A DNA stretch of 64,000 nt from Candidatus Omnitrophota bacterium. Its GTDB lineage: Bacteria; Omnitrophota; Omnitrophia; Omnitrophales; Aquincolibacteriaceae. The position numbers and the translations under genes are program-made. The DNA lies in contig CAIOAT010000028.1 of assembly GCA_903856085.1 (NCBI GenBank), positions 2,676 to 66,675 of the forward strand, in the 5' to 3' direction. The notes under the pieces are model-generated. The model did no database searches. It was not told the origin of the DNA and worked only from the letters and a program-made list of their open reading frames with translations. Each line of letters starts with the position of its first letter. Position 1 is the stretch's first letter. Shown here piece by piece: positions 49,345 through 60,092 of the stretch.

Positions 49345-50640
49345 ATGAAAAAGATCAAGATCGGGCTTCTCGGGTTAGGACAAATCGGCACCGGACTTTA
49401 CGAGATCCTTACGGAGAAGAAGGCTTTGTTGGCTCGACAGCTCGGTGTGTCCTTTGAATTCGCGAAGATCGCCGAAAAATATCCTGAGCGAAATAAAAAA
49501 GTTCATCCGCCGAAAAGTATCCTGACCAAGGATGCTTTCAGTGTGGTGCGGGATCCGTCCGTTGATGTAGTCGTGGAACTTATCGGCGGCACGACGATCG
49601 CGCGTCAATTGATCAAGGAAGCTCTCAAGAACGGCAAGCATGTGGTGACCGCGAACAAAGCGCTCCTTGCCGAATATGGCGATGAGATTTTCGAGCTCGC
49701 GCATCGGATGAAACGATGGCTTTGTTTTGAGGCGAGTGTCGGTGGTGGCATACCGTGTATCAAAGCGCTTCGTGAAGGTCTTGTAGCCAACCGCATCGAT
49801 TCCGTACACGCCATTATCAACGGCACCACGAATTATATTCTGACCCAAATGACCGCCAAAGGTATGAGTTTTGCGGATGCGTTGGCCGGCGCTCAAAAGC
49901 TGGGTTTTGCAGAGGCGAATCCTTTTCTTGACGTGAGCGGGCACGATGCCGCGCACAAGCTGGCGATTCTCGCGCGGTTTGCTTTCGGCGGGAAAGTGAA
50001 GTTCAAGGATATTTACTGTGAAGGAATCACCGAGATCTCAAGCGATGACATTGCTTTTGCCAAAGAGTTCGGGTATACGATCAAACTGCTCGCTATCGCC
50101 AAAAAATCAGGGAGCGGCATGGAGGCACGCGTTCAGCCGACGCTTTTGCCGAACGCGCATATTCTCGCAAGCGTGAACGGTTCGTTCAACGCGATCCTGA
50201 TGCGTGGCGACGAAGTGGGCGACGTGCTCTTTTATGGTCGCGGGGCCGGACCGCATCCGACGGCGAGTGCGGTGATCGCGGATCTGGTGGATATTGCGAA
50301 GTCCGGGACTGCGGGACCCGCAGAAGACCGTTTCATGGTGCGTGCTCTCGGGAAACAGATCCCGGTAAAAAGCATTTTTTCGATCCTGTCGCGGTATTAC
50401 TTACGGTTCTATGTGGTCGACAGACCCAGCGTGCTGGCAAATATCTCGAAAATTCTCGGAAAATATAAGATCAGCATTTCGGATGTGATGCAGCGCGAAC
50501 GCAGTGCCGGCCGCGCGGTGCCGCTTATCCTTTTAACGCATGATACTCATGAAAAAAACCTGAGGGCCGCGGTTCGCGAAATCGACGGTATGTCCTGTAT
50601 CAAGGGCAAGACCCAGGTCATACGGATCGAAGAGGCTTGA
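49345..50640 (+). CDS. hom: Homoserine dehydrogenase with ACT domain
   Basis: [31 protein letters not shown] and DAAHK. Confidence 0.96.
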   Translation: MKKIKIGLLGLGQIGTGLYEILTEKKALLARQLGVSFEFAKIAEKYPERNKKVHPPKSILTKDAFSVVRDPSVDVVVELIGGTTIARQLIKEALKNGKHVVTANKALLAEYGDEIFELAHRMKRWLCFEASVGGGIPCIKALREGLVANRIDSVHAIINGTTNYILTQMTAKGMSFADALAGAQKLGFAEANPFLDVSGHDAAHKLAILARFAFGGKVKFKDIYCEGITEISSDDIAFAKEFGYTIKLLAIAKKSGSGMEARVQPTLLPNAHILASVNGSFNAILMRGDEVGDVLFYGRGAGPHPTASAVIADLVDIAKSGTAGPAEDRFMVRALGKQIPVKSIFSILSRYYLRFYVVDRPSVLANISKILGKYKISISDVMQRERSAGRAVPLILLTHDTHEKNLRAAVREIDGMSCIKGKTQVIRIEEA

Positions 50641-50645
50641 GCGCT

Positions 50646-51716
50646 ATGGGAAAATACGCGGTCAAAAAGATCGGCATTATCGAGCGATACCAGGAATACC
50701 TTCCGGTCACGGATGAAACGCCGATCATTTCTCTCAATGAAGGAAATACGCCGCTCATTCTCGCGGAGGCTTTGCCTAAAGAGCTCGGTCTGAAGAATAT
50801 CCGGATCTATTACAAGTTCGAAGGGCTGAACCCGACGGGTTCGTTTAAAGATCGCGGCATGACTCTGGCGATTTCCAAAGCTGTCGAAGCGGGGTCCAAG
50901 GCCGTGATGTGTGCTTCGACGGGCAATACGTCCGCTTCTGCCGCGGCCTATGCGGCTCGTTGCGGTCTGAAATGTTATGTGCTGATCCCGGAAGGGAAGA
51001 TCGCCAAGGGAAAACTTTTGCAGGCGTATCGCTATGGTGCAAAGGTGATCATGATCGAAGGGAATTTTGATAAGGCGCTGGAGTTGGTTCAAGAGATCAC
51101 GGAGGACGGAAAGATCACGCTCGTGAATTCCATCAATCCGTTTCGTATCGAAGGGCAGAAGACCGCGGCGTTTGAGATCGTCGATGACCTGGGTGATGCG
51201 CCGGAATATCACGCGATCCCGGTCGGGAATGCGGGCAATATCACGGCTTACTGGAAAGGCTACAAGGAATATAAAAAAGTCGGAAAATCTGAAACGTTGC
51301 CGAAGATGCTTGGTTTTCAAGCAGAGGGTTCAGCGCCGATCGTTCTGGGCCATCCGGTGGAAAAACCGGAGACACTTGCTACAGCGATCCGCATCGGGAA
51401 TCCCGCGAGTTGGCAAGGTGCCGTCGCCGCACGGGACGAATCGGGTGGTTTAATCGCTAGCGTGACGGATGAGGAGATCACAAAGGCTTACCGTTTTATC
51501 GCGGAACGCGAAGGCGTATTTGCGGAGCCGGCCAGCGTTGCGCCGGTGGCGGGTGTCATCAATCTCGCAAAAAAGAATTTTTTCAAAGAGGGATCACGCA
51601 TCGTGATCACGCTTACGGGTGCGGGATTGAAGGATCCCGATTTCGCGCTCAGTTTTGAAGATCCGTTCTGTAAAGTTAAATCCAATCTCGATGCCGTCAA
51701 GGAGGTCATTCAATGA
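50646..51716 (+). CDS. thrC: Threonine synthase
   Basis: [17 protein letters not shown] and PVGNAGN. Confidence 0.96.
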   Translation: MGKYAVKKIGIIERYQEYLPVTDETPIISLNEGNTPLILAEALPKELGLKNIRIYYKFEGLNPTGSFKDRGMTLAISKAVEAGSKAVMCASTGNTSASAAAYAARCGLKCYVLIPEGKIAKGKLLQAYRYGAKVIMIEGNFDKALELVQEITEDGKITLVNSINPFRIEGQKTAAFEIVDDLGDAPEYHAIPVGNAGNITAYWKGYKEYKKVGKSETLPKMLGFQAEGSAPIVLGHPVEKPETLATAIRIGNPASWQGAVAARDESGGLIASVTDEEITKAYRFIAEREGVFAEPASVAPVAGVINLAKKNFFKEGSRIVITLTGAGLKDPDFALSFEDPFCKVKSNLDAVKEVIQ

Positions 51717-52918
51717 AGTCTATCGTTGTGGTTCTTGCGGGAGCTGCGGATCATCCGACCGAAGAGCTCGGCGGGAAAACTCCTTTGGAAGTGGCCAAGG
51801 TGCCCAACTTGAATTTTTTCGCGAAGAGCGGAAAAGTCGGGACTGCGAAGCTTGTTTCAGATCGTTTGCCGCTTTCCGTGGATGTCAGCCTGTTCAATCT
51901 TTTGGGCTATGACGCGGCGAAACTTTACACGGGGCGCGGGCCGCTTGAGGCTGCCGACAAAGAATTGACGCTCGACGAAAAAGAAGTCGCTTTCTGCATG
52001 AATTTTATCACCGAGGCCGCGGGTATGCTGGCCGATCCGACCGCCGGGGCTTTGACCACCAAAGAGGCGAAGGCCCTTGTGAATTTTCTCAACAAAAAGG
52101 TTGCCAGCGATTTTGTGCGGTTTTTCTCGGGTTCTGGGTATCGGCACATTGCGGTGATCAAGGATGCCAATGGATTTGAGGCGTTGTCCGCGACGACCCA
52201 GGCACCGGAGAGCGTGATCGGCGAAAAGATCGAAGATGTTCTGCCGAAAGGCCCGGGCGAAGAATTGATGCGAAAATTGATGTATGACGCCAGACTTCTT
52301 TTACAGGACCATGAGATCAATCAGGTGCGTGTGGACCTCGGCGAGAATCCCGCCAATATGATCTGGCTTTGGGGACAGGGAAAAAAGCCGGTACTCAAAT
52401 CTTTTCGCGAATGTTTTGATGTCTCGGGGGGCGCAATGGTGGCTGCGCGAGAATATGCCAAAGGCATGGGACGCGTGGCTGGTCTCACGGTCATGGAGGT
52501 CAAGGAGGAGGGGGATGAGCCCTCGGCTTTTTATGACAAGATCTCCAAGGTAGCGATCGAGGCTCTGGAAGAAAAAGATTTTGTTTGTCTTCACCTCCAC
52601 ACGCCTGATGAGGCGGCGCGGACTGGAGAGGTGAAGAATAAGGTCTCGGCGATCGAGGGGATCGATTTTTTTGTTCTGTCCAAGATCCGTAAATATCTTG
52701 AGCGCTCCAAAGATTCGCGTCTGCTCGTCACTCCGGGGCATGCAACGCTTTGGAAAATGAAAGAGATTGTTCGCGACAGCGTCCCGTTCGCCGTGACCGG
52801 CAAGAATATTATGGCCGATGAGATCGAGCGGTTCTCCGAAATTGCGGCCAAGACGTCGGAAGTGAAATTCAATAAAACTACGGAACTGATGCCTTTTTTT
52901 ATGACCAAGGCGTCATAA
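51713..52918 (+). CDS. ApgM/alkaline-phosphatase-superfamily protein (proposed homoserine kinase family) with degenerate active site
   Basis: [29 protein letters not shown] and K..AIE.ID; located between thrC and lysC. Confidence 0.85.
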   Translation: MKSIVVVLAGAADHPTEELGGKTPLEVAKVPNLNFFAKSGKVGTAKLVSDRLPLSVDVSLFNLLGYDAAKLYTGRGPLEAADKELTLDEKEVAFCMNFITEAAGMLADPTAGALTTKEAKALVNFLNKKVASDFVRFFSGSGYRHIAVIKDANGFEALSATTQAPESVIGEKIEDVLPKGPGEELMRKLMYDARLLLQDHEINQVRVDLGENPANMIWLWGQGKKPVLKSFRECFDVSGGAMVAAREYAKGMGRVAGLTVMEVKEEGDEPSAFYDKISKVAIEALEEKDFVCLHLHTPDEAARTGEVKNKVSAIEGIDFFVLSKIRKYLERSKDSRLLVTPGHATLWKMKEIVRDSVPFAVTGKNIMADEIERFSEIAAKTSEVKFNKTTELMPFFMTKAS

Positions 52919-52948
52919 TTCTCTATCCCTCAAGGTAAGGATAATCCC

Positions 52949-54166
52949 ATGGCACTTATTGTTCAAAAGTATGGTGGTTCTTCTGTGGCGAATGCGGAAA
53001 AGCTTCTGCGTGTCGCGCAGCGTGTGATCAAGACGAAGCAGGCGGGGAATAAAGTCGTGGTGGTCGTCTCCGCGATGGGCGATATGACCGATGACCTCAT
53101 CACGCTCGCCGATCAGATCAATAAGGATCCCCAGGAACGCGAAATGGATATGCTCCTCTCAACGGGGGAACAGGTTTCAATCGCGCTCCTAGCGATGGCC
53201 GTTCATAAACTCGGTCATGAGGCGGTTTCTTTTACCGGTTCGCAGGTAGGGATCATCACCGATGAATTCCACAGCAAGGCCCGAATTCAGAACATCAGCG
53301 CGGATCGTATCAAGAAAGCCCTGGCGGAAGGAAAGATCGTGATTGTGGCCGGATTCCAGGGACAGACTCCTTCAGGGGAGATCACAACGCTCGGCCGCGG
53401 TGGTTCCGACCTGACGGCCGTAGCGCTTGCGGTAGCACTCAAGGCAAAACATTGCGAGATCTTTACGGATGTGGACGGGATCTACACGGCGGATCCGCGC
53501 GTTATTTCGGATGCGCAAAAAATGGATCGGGTTACTTACGATGAGATTCTGGAACTCGCATCCCTCGGCGCCAAGGTCATGCACTCTCGTTCGATCGAAG
53601 TCGGAAAAAAATTCAATATGCCCATTTGGGTTTGTAATTCTCAGAATGATCACAAAGGAACTCTTATCACGAAGGAGAATAAGGCCATGGAAGAAGTCGT
53701 TGTAAGCGGGGTTGCTCTTGCTGAAGATGAAGCGAAGATCACATTGTTCCGCGTCTCAGATCGTCCGGGTGTGGCGGCCAAGGTGTTTCAAACTCTGGCG
53801 GATGCGAACGTGAATGTGGACATGATCATCCAGAACAAAACGCAGACGAATTCCACGGATATTTCCTTCACGGTCTTCAAGAACGAGCTTGTGAAGGCCA
53901 TGAAAGTCGTGAAAGCCGCCATGAAAAAGGTCGGCGCTACCAATGTTACTTGCGACGAGAATGTCGCGAAGGTGAGCGTGGTCGGGATCGGCATGCGCTC
54001 CCATTCCGGCATCGCGTCCAAGATGTTCTCGACTCTGGCTAAGAACAAGATCAATATCGATATGATCTCCACTTCGGAGATCAAGATCTCTGTCGTAGTC
54101 GCTGGCGATAAAGGCAAACTCGCCGCCCGCGTAATCCATCAGGCGTTCGGTTTGGGAAAGAAATAA
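52949..54166 (+). CDS. lysC: Aspartate kinase
   Basis: QKYGGSSV, TTLGRGGSD, TDVDGIYTADPR and two ACT domains. Confidence 0.96.
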   Translation: MALIVQKYGGSSVANAEKLLRVAQRVIKTKQAGNKVVVVVSAMGDMTDDLITLADQINKDPQEREMDMLLSTGEQVSIALLAMAVHKLGHEAVSFTGSQVGIITDEFHSKARIQNISADRIKKALAEGKIVIVAGFQGQTPSGEITTLGRGGSDLTAVALAVALKAKHCEIFTDVDGIYTADPRVISDAQKMDRVTYDEILELASLGAKVMHSRSIEVGKKFNMPIWVCNSQNDHKGTLITKENKAMEEVVVSGVALAEDEAKITLFRVSDRPGVAAKVFQTLADANVNVDMIIQNKTQTNSTDISFTVFKNELVKAMKVVKAAMKKVGATNVTCDENVAKVSVVGIGMRSHSGIASKMFSTLAKNKINIDMISTSEIKISVVVAGDKGKLAARVIHQAFGLGKK

Positions 54167-54201
54167 CTGAATTTCACCACGTCGGTCGAAAGGTGCTTAA
54201 A

Positions 54202-54729
54202 ATGAAAAAAATGTTCATGGTTGGCGCAATTCTGCTGATGGCGGGGACTGCCTTAGCGCAATCGAATGACGCAGATCCTGTTCCGCAAGGGCAACTGCCC
54301 TCGGTCACTAGCGAAGCGCCGGCCCAGCCCCCTATGAACCCGATTGCGAAAGCCGTGGCCGAAGCCAGACGTCGTCGGCAGGAGGCTCCCCAGGCGGCGC
54401 AAGGAGCGGAGTTGCCTTCTAAGCAAGTCCGGCCTGCTAAAACCGACTCGGCTCCGGCGGCCGGTAAATCTTCCGCAGTTCCGGAAGAGGCCAATCGCAA
54501 CCAACTGATCAGAAACCTTCCTTATCAGCCGGAAAAGATTGTGCCTCCTCAAGCGCCCTCTTCCGAACCGATTTCCTCCGAGGTCGCGTATTCTTCGAGA
54601 TTAGTTGTCTGTGTCGTGAACGGTTTTGAACGAAACAATATGTCGTCGTCTGATTGCAAGGCCGAGGGTGGCCATGTGGTCAGGACCGCCGAAGTTCTCA
54701 GGGACAATACCGGCGGCAAGAATAAGTAA
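54202..54729 (+). CDS. Hypothetical secreted Pro/Ala-rich protein
   Basis: Signal peptide ending ALA, low-complexity body and a C-terminal Cys pair. Confidence 0.7.
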   Translation: MKKMFMVGAILLMAGTALAQSNDADPVPQGQLPSVTSEAPAQPPMNPIAKAVAEARRRRQEAPQAAQGAELPSKQVRPAKTDSAPAAGKSSAVPEEANRNQLIRNLPYQPEKIVPPQAPSSEPISSEVAYSSRLVVCVVNGFERNNMSSSDCKAEGGHVVRTAEVLRDNTGGKNK

Positions 54730-54773
54730 CACTCACCCGCGTAACTCCGGGGCGTGTTGGGTTAGGAGAATCT

Positions 54774-56345
54774 ATGGGGAATAGAAACAAAAAAATCCTT
54801 TTTTATGATACGACTCTAAGGGATGGCTCACAGGCTGAGGGGATCAGTCTGTCTTCGCATGACAAAGTGTTGATCGCGAAACGGTTGGATCAGTTTGGGA
54901 TCCATTATATTGAAGGTGGATGGCCAGGCTCAAACCCGAAGGACATGGAATTCTTTCACATGATCAAGAAAGCCGGGATCAAGTGTTCTAAAATCGCCGC
55001 ATTCGGCTCCACGCGTCGCGCTCACATGAAAGTTAAAGACGATGCGCAAGTCAAAGCCTTGCTTGATGCGGGGACCAAGGTCGTCACGATCTTCGGGAAG
55101 TCATGGGACATGCACGTGACCGAAGTGTTCAAAACCTCGCTAAAAGAAAACCTCCTCATGATCTACGAGACAGTTGCATATCTGAAGGATCGGAAGATAG
55201 AGGTGATCTATGACGCGGAACATTTCTTTGACGGGTTCAAGGCGAATCCGGAATACGCTCTAAAAACGCTCCAGCAGGCCGCCAAGGCCGGCGCGAATAA
55301 TATTACGCTCTGCGATACGAATGGGGGCACGTTGCCGCACGAGATACGCCACGCGATTCTCAAAGTGAAGCGCTCCGTGAAAACACCGCTTGGAATTCAT
55401 TGTCACAATGACTCCGAACTCGCGGTCGCGAATTCCATCCAGGCGGTCGGGGAAGGCTGTGTGCTGGTGCAGGGAACGATCAATGGCTATGGAGAGCGCT
55501 GCGGGAACGCGAATCTTGCCAGCATTATTCCGGACCTGCAGTTCAAAATGAAGGTCCCGTGTTTTCCCATGAAAAAATTGAAGGAACTAGCGGTGCTTTC
55601 GCATTATGTGGCGGAGGTTTGCAATATGCCGCTTGTGAACAACCAGCCTTTCACGGGCCGATCTGCGTTTGCGCATAAAGGTGGCGTGCATATCAACGCC
55701 ATGGTGAAGAACGCGAATACGTACGAACATGTAAAACCGGAAACGGTCGGCAATCATCGCCGTTATCTTGTTTCTGAGCTTGGCGGGAAGACGAATATCA
55801 TGATCAAGGCCCAGGAGCTTGAGATGAAATTCCAGAAAGATTCGCCCGAGGCCAAGAAGATCCTGGCCGAGATCCAGCGCCTGGAATACGAGGGGTATCA
55901 GTTCGAGGCCGCGGAAGCGAGTTTTGAGCTTCTGGTTCAGAGAGTTCTCGGGAAGTTCAAGCCGTTTTTCACAGTCAATGATATTTCGGTCCGTACGGAA
56001 AACATCGGGAGTAGCCAGCCACGTTCGATCGCGAATGTGAACGTGATCGCCAATGGCGTCGAACATGTGGAATCCGCGGAAGGGGATGGCCCGGTGAACG
56101 CGCTTGATTCCGCGCTTCGCAAGGCGCTCGGGCGCTCATTTCCGTCGATTGCTGAGATCCGTTTGACGGATTATAAAGTCCGCGTGGTCAATTCCGAAGC
56201 CGGGACTGCTGCCAAAGTGCGTGTCTTCATCGAATTTCAGGACAAGCACAAGACTTGGACCACGGTCGGCGTGCACGAGAACATCATCGAGGCCAGTTGG
56301 AAAGCCCTCGTTGAAGCCATCGAATATAAACTTCACAAAGGATAG
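54774..56345 (+). CDS. cimA: Citramalate synthase (LeuA/CimA family)
   Basis: DTTLRDGSQ, EGGWPGSNPKD, DAEHFFDG, HCHND and HKGGVH. Confidence 0.88.
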   Translation: MGNRNKKILFYDTTLRDGSQAEGISLSSHDKVLIAKRLDQFGIHYIEGGWPGSNPKDMEFFHMIKKAGIKCSKIAAFGSTRRAHMKVKDDAQVKALLDAGTKVVTIFGKSWDMHVTEVFKTSLKENLLMIYETVAYLKDRKIEVIYDAEHFFDGFKANPEYALKTLQQAAKAGANNITLCDTNGGTLPHEIRHAILKVKRSVKTPLGIHCHNDSELAVANSIQAVGEGCVLVQGTINGYGERCGNANLASIIPDLQFKMKVPCFPMKKLKELAVLSHYVAEVCNMPLVNNQPFTGRSAFAHKGGVHINAMVKNANTYEHVKPETVGNHRRYLVSELGGKTNIMIKAQELEMKFQKDSPEAKKILAEIQRLEYEGYQFEAAEASFELLVQRVLGKFKPFFTVNDISVRTENIGSSQPRSIANVNVIANGVEHVESAEGDGPVNALDSALRKALGRSFPSIAEIRLTDYKVRVVNSEAGTAAKVRVFIEFQDKHKTWTTVGVHENIIEASWKALVEAIEYKLHKG

Positions 56346-56357
56346 TACGCCGCACGA

Positions 56358-59162
56358 ATGACACTAGACACCCGCTACAACGCGAAAGATATCGAGGCCC
56401 GCTGGTATAAGGAGTGGGAATCGAAAGGCTATTTCCGCCCGCAAAGTGATCACGGCAAGCAGCCTGCCGGGAAACCCTACGTCATCGTCATTCCTCCGCC
56501 GAACGTCACCGGAATCCTGCACATGGGCCACGCGCTCAACAGTTCCATCCAGGACATTCTCATCCGTTGGAATCGCATGAAGGGCGCGGACACGCTTTGG
56601 GTGCCAGGCGTAGATCACGCAGGGATCGCGACGCAGAATGTCGTCGAGAAAAAACTCGCCAAGGAAAAGAAAACGCGATGGGACCTCGGCCGAGAGGCTT
56701 TCCTCAAAGAAGTCTGGAAATGGAAGAACGAAAACGGTTCGACCATCACGCGCCAGCTCCGGCGGTTGGGATCTTCTTGCGACTGGACACGCGAACGGTT
56801 CACTATGGACGAGGGTCTTTCCAAAGCCGTGAGGGAGGCTTTTGTTACGCTTTATGAGCGAGGTCTCATCTACCGAGGAAATTACATCATCAATTGGTGC
56901 CCACGCTGCCAGACCGCGCTTTCCGACGAAGAAGCCGCCCACAAGGATATGCAAGGCGGGCTTTATCACATCAAATATCCCTGCCTGCCGGAAGGCAGGC
57001 AATCTATCGATGTCAAAGGTCCGTATGAAAAAATGGGTGAAGATCATATCGTTGTTGCGACGACCCGGCCCGAGACCATGCTTGGGGATACTGCGGTTGC
57101 AGTCCATCCGAACGATTCGCGATATAAACATCTGATCGGAAAAAAAGTCATTCTTCCTTTGTTGAACCGTGAAATTCTGGTGATTGCCGATGACTTTGTG
57201 GATCCCGAGTTTGGAACCGGTATTGTGAAGGTTACTCCCGCGCATGATCCGAATGATTTCGCCATGGGACACCGGCACAAGCTCGAGCAGATCAATGTCA
57301 TGACACCGGACGGCAAGATCAATGAAAACGGCGGCGTCTACAAAGGCATGGATCGCTTTGAGGCGCGAAAAAAGATCCTTAAAGACCTGGAAGAGCAGGG
57401 GCTTTTTGTGCGTCGCGATTCGCATCTGCATGCGGTCGGGCATTGCTATCGTTGCGATACTGTGGTTGAGCCTTATCTTTCGAAACAATGGTTTGTGAAG
57501 ATGCAGCCTCTGGCCGAGAAGGCGCTAAAGGCGCACGAGCAGGGGGACACGGCTTTCTATCCGGACCGCTGGACCAAGGTTTATCTGAACTGGCTGCGTG
57601 GCATTCGCGATTGGTGTATCTCGCGCCAGATCTGGTGGGGGCATCAGATTCCGGCTTGGCATTGTATGAAATGTAGTGCTGATTACGGTGAACCCCACGG
57701 GGCTGCTGCGCCGAGGAACACGGCGAACGAAGTGCAAGATGCCGTACACCGTACCCCGTATGCCGGGATCATCGTTGCAAGGGAAACTCCGAAAGAATGT
57801 CCCAAGTGTAAGGGCAAGGATCTGGTGCAAGACCCTGACGTTCTTGATACCTGGTTCTCCAGCTGGCTGTGGCCATTCTCGACGCTGGGGTGGCCGACTA
57901 AAACGGAAGACCTAAAAAAGTTCTATCCGACGTCAGATCTTGTAACCGCTCCTGAGATCATTTTCTTTTGGGTGGCGCGCATGATCATGGCTGGCCTGGA
58001 ATTTATGGGCGAGGTTCCGTTCACAAAAATCAATATTCACGGCACGGTCCGTGCGGCGAGTGGGCTTAAGATGTCGAAATCTCTCGGCAACTCGATCGAC
58101 CCGCTCGAAGTGATCGAAGAAATGGGGGCCGATGCGCTTCGCTACAGTCTCGTGATGCTTTCCGCGCAGGATGTTTATCTTTCGCGCGAGAAATTCGAGG
58201 TGGGCCGTAATTTCGCGAACAAGGTTTGGAATGCCTGCCGGTTCGTATTGATCCAGATCGAAGGCCTGGAGACCGCTTCCACCGATGTCCGGCAATTCGA
58301 GAAAATGGAACTTTCGCTCCCAAGCCGTTGGATCCTTTCGCGATTTGAGGAAAAGACCGCTGAAATCGAGCGTCACCTTGCTCAATTTGGTCTCGCGCAG
58401 GCCGCGACCGAGCTTTATCATCTCGTGTGGGATGATTTTTGTGATTGGTATATCGAGCTTGCTAAGCCCATGATTCTATCTGAAGATAGGGCTCTCAGAC
58501 TTCAAACCCAAAAAGTCCTTTTCTTTGTCTGCGAACGGATGCTTCGCCTTCTTCATCCTTTTATGCCGTTTATTACCGAAGAGATCTGGCAGACATTCAA
58601 ACAAAAGTCTGCGGATGCTAAGGCTTGGCCGGAAACCATAATGTTTGCGGGTTGGCCCCATGAAGAGAAAAAGAAATTCCGCGATGCTGAAGCGCAGAAA
58701 GCCATTGGGCTTTTGCAAGATGCTGTGGGCGGCATTCGTGATCTCCGGGTCCGTTTCCAGATCGCGCCGACCGATAAACTTACCGCCGTTATTGTATGCA
58801 AAGAGCAGGAGACATTGGTGACTGTGCGTACGTTCGAGCGCGAGGTGAAGGTGCTGGGCCGGCTCGCGGAACTTCAATGTGTGCGTGAATTTCAAAAAAA
58901 GGGTGCGATGGCGGCTAACTCCTTCGCGGCATTTGATGTTTTTATCTCACTCGAGGGGATCCTGGACCCGGAAGAAGAGAAAAAACGGCTCGAGAAAAAG
59001 ATCCAAGAGACCGAACAATGGATTGAGACCATCCGTAAAAAAGTTGCGAACCCTTCTTTCGCCGAAAAAGCGCCTAAAGATATCCTTGAAAAAGAGAAAG
59101 AGAAACTCGCCGATGCCAAAAAGCTTCTCGTATCCTATCAGACCCAGCTCACCAGTTTCTGA
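56358..59162 (+). CDS. valS: Valine--tRNA ligase
   Basis: PPPNVTGILHMGH, DWCISRQIWWGH, KMSKS and a C-terminal coiled coil. Confidence 0.98.
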   Translation: MTLDTRYNAKDIEARWYKEWESKGYFRPQSDHGKQPAGKPYVIVIPPPNVTGILHMGHALNSSIQDILIRWNRMKGADTLWVPGVDHAGIATQNVVEKKLAKEKKTRWDLGREAFLKEVWKWKNENGSTITRQLRRLGSSCDWTRERFTMDEGLSKAVREAFVTLYERGLIYRGNYIINWCPRCQTALSDEEAAHKDMQGGLYHIKYPCLPEGRQSIDVKGPYEKMGEDHIVVATTRPETMLGDTAVAVHPNDSRYKHLIGKKVILPLLNREILVIADDFVDPEFGTGIVKVTPAHDPNDFAMGHRHKLEQINVMTPDGKINENGGVYKGMDRFEARKKILKDLEEQGLFVRRDSHLHAVGHCYRCDTVVEPYLSKQWFVKMQPLAEKALKAHEQGDTAFYPDRWTKVYLNWLRGIRDWCISRQIWWGHQIPAWHCMKCSADYGEPHGAAAPRNTANEVQDAVHRTPYAGIIVARETPKECPKCKGKDLVQDPDVLDTWFSSWLWPFSTLGWPTKTEDLKKFYPTSDLVTAPEIIFFWVARMIMAGLEFMGEVPFTKINIHGTVRAASGLKMSKSLGNSIDPLEVIEEMGADALRYSLVMLSAQDVYLSREKFEVGRNFANKVWNACRFVLIQIEGLETASTDVRQFEKMELSLPSRWILSRFEEKTAEIERHLAQFGLAQAATELYHLVWDDFCDWYIELAKPMILSEDRALRLQTQKVLFFVCERMLRLLHPFMPFITEEIWQTFKQKSADAKAWPETIMFAGWPHEEKKKFRDAEAQKAIGLLQDAVGGIRDLRVRFQIAPTDKLTAVIVCKEQETLVTVRTFEREVKVLGRLAELQCVREFQKKGAMAANSFAAFDVFISLEGILDPEEEKKRLEKKIQETEQWIETIRKKVANPSFAEKAPKDILEKEKEKLADAKKLLVSYQTQLTSF
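56980..57000. repeat. Short palindromic element inside valS
   Basis: CCTGCCTGCCGGAAGGCAGGC (GCCTGCC-GGAA-GGCAGGC hairpin). Confidence 0.6.
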
Positions 59163-59190
59163 GAGCGGTTTTCCGGGGCATCCTTTGCCC

Positions 59191-60003
59191 GTGTCTCGTC
59201 GGACCTTGGGCTTTCTTAAAGAAGCTCTTCACGAGGATATCGGTCGTGGGGATGTTACCTCCAACCTTCTCATCCCGGCTCACGCTCAAGGTGAAGCTCG
59301 TGTGATCGCCAAGGCCCATGGTATTTTCTGCGGAGAACGGCTCGTGAGAGAAATTTTTAAACTCGTAGATCCGAAAGTGAAGCTTGAGTTTTGCGTGCAT
59401 AACGGCGGTAAATTGCGTCCTGGAAAGATCGTTTTTAAAATGCGCGGAAATATCCGGTCGATTCTCAAAGCTGAGCGGACTCTTGTGAATTTCATCGGCC
59501 ATCTTTCCGGGATTGCGACCAAGACGCGCCAATTCGTGGGTCGTGTAAAAAAATATCCCGCGCTTATTCTAGATACGCGCAAGACCACGCCGCTTTGGCG
59601 CGAGCTGGAAAAGGTGGCTGTGCAGGTGGGGGGCGGCAGGAACCATCGTCAGGGGCTCGACGAATTCATTTTTATTAAAGAGAATCATCGGATCCATGGA
59701 GACTTAAAAAAGCTCCGGTCTCATTCCGGCGAATTCGAGATCGAGGTTCGCAGTCTCGGCGAACTTTGGGAAGCGATTGGTCTGCGTCCCAAGGTCATAC
59801 TGCTGGACAACTTTACCCCCAAGGAAGCCAAGCGCGCGGTGGAGATCGTTCGCAAGGAAGCCCCGGGGACCCTCCTTGAAGCCTCGGGCGGTATCACGTT
59901 CGAGAATGTTCGAAAGTTCGCTGCTGCGGGTGTTGACACCATCTCTGTCGGATCTCTCACCCATTCCGTCAAAGCTGTCGATTTCTCCCTTCTGATTGAT
60001 TGA
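59191..60003 (+). CDS. nadC: Nicotinate-nucleotide pyrophosphorylase (carboxylating)
   Basis: EDIGRGDVT, DTRKTTP, NHR, ILLDN and EASGGI; start approximate. Confidence 0.93.
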   Translation: MSRRTLGFLKEALHEDIGRGDVTSNLLIPAHAQGEARVIAKAHGIFCGERLVREIFKLVDPKVKLEFCVHNGGKLRPGKIVFKMRGNIRSILKAERTLVNFIGHLSGIATKTRQFVGRVKKYPALILDTRKTTPLWRELEKVAVQVGGGRNHRQGLDEFIFIKENHRIHGDLKKLRSHSGEFEIEVRSLGELWEAIGLRPKVILLDNFTPKEAKRAVEIVRKEAPGTLLEASGGITFENVRKFAAAGVDTISVGSLTHSVKAVDFSLLID

Positions 60004-60092
60004 TATGAGCTTTTTCCGTCTTGTTTCGGCGTCATGGCCGAAAGGAGATTCGCCCGTAATCACCTTCACTCTAGTGTCGGGGAAATGAGGCG

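Noticed and set aside
60004-60092. SOS box upstream of uvrB
   Set aside because: Only a small hairpin; no LexA-box consensus that I recognise.
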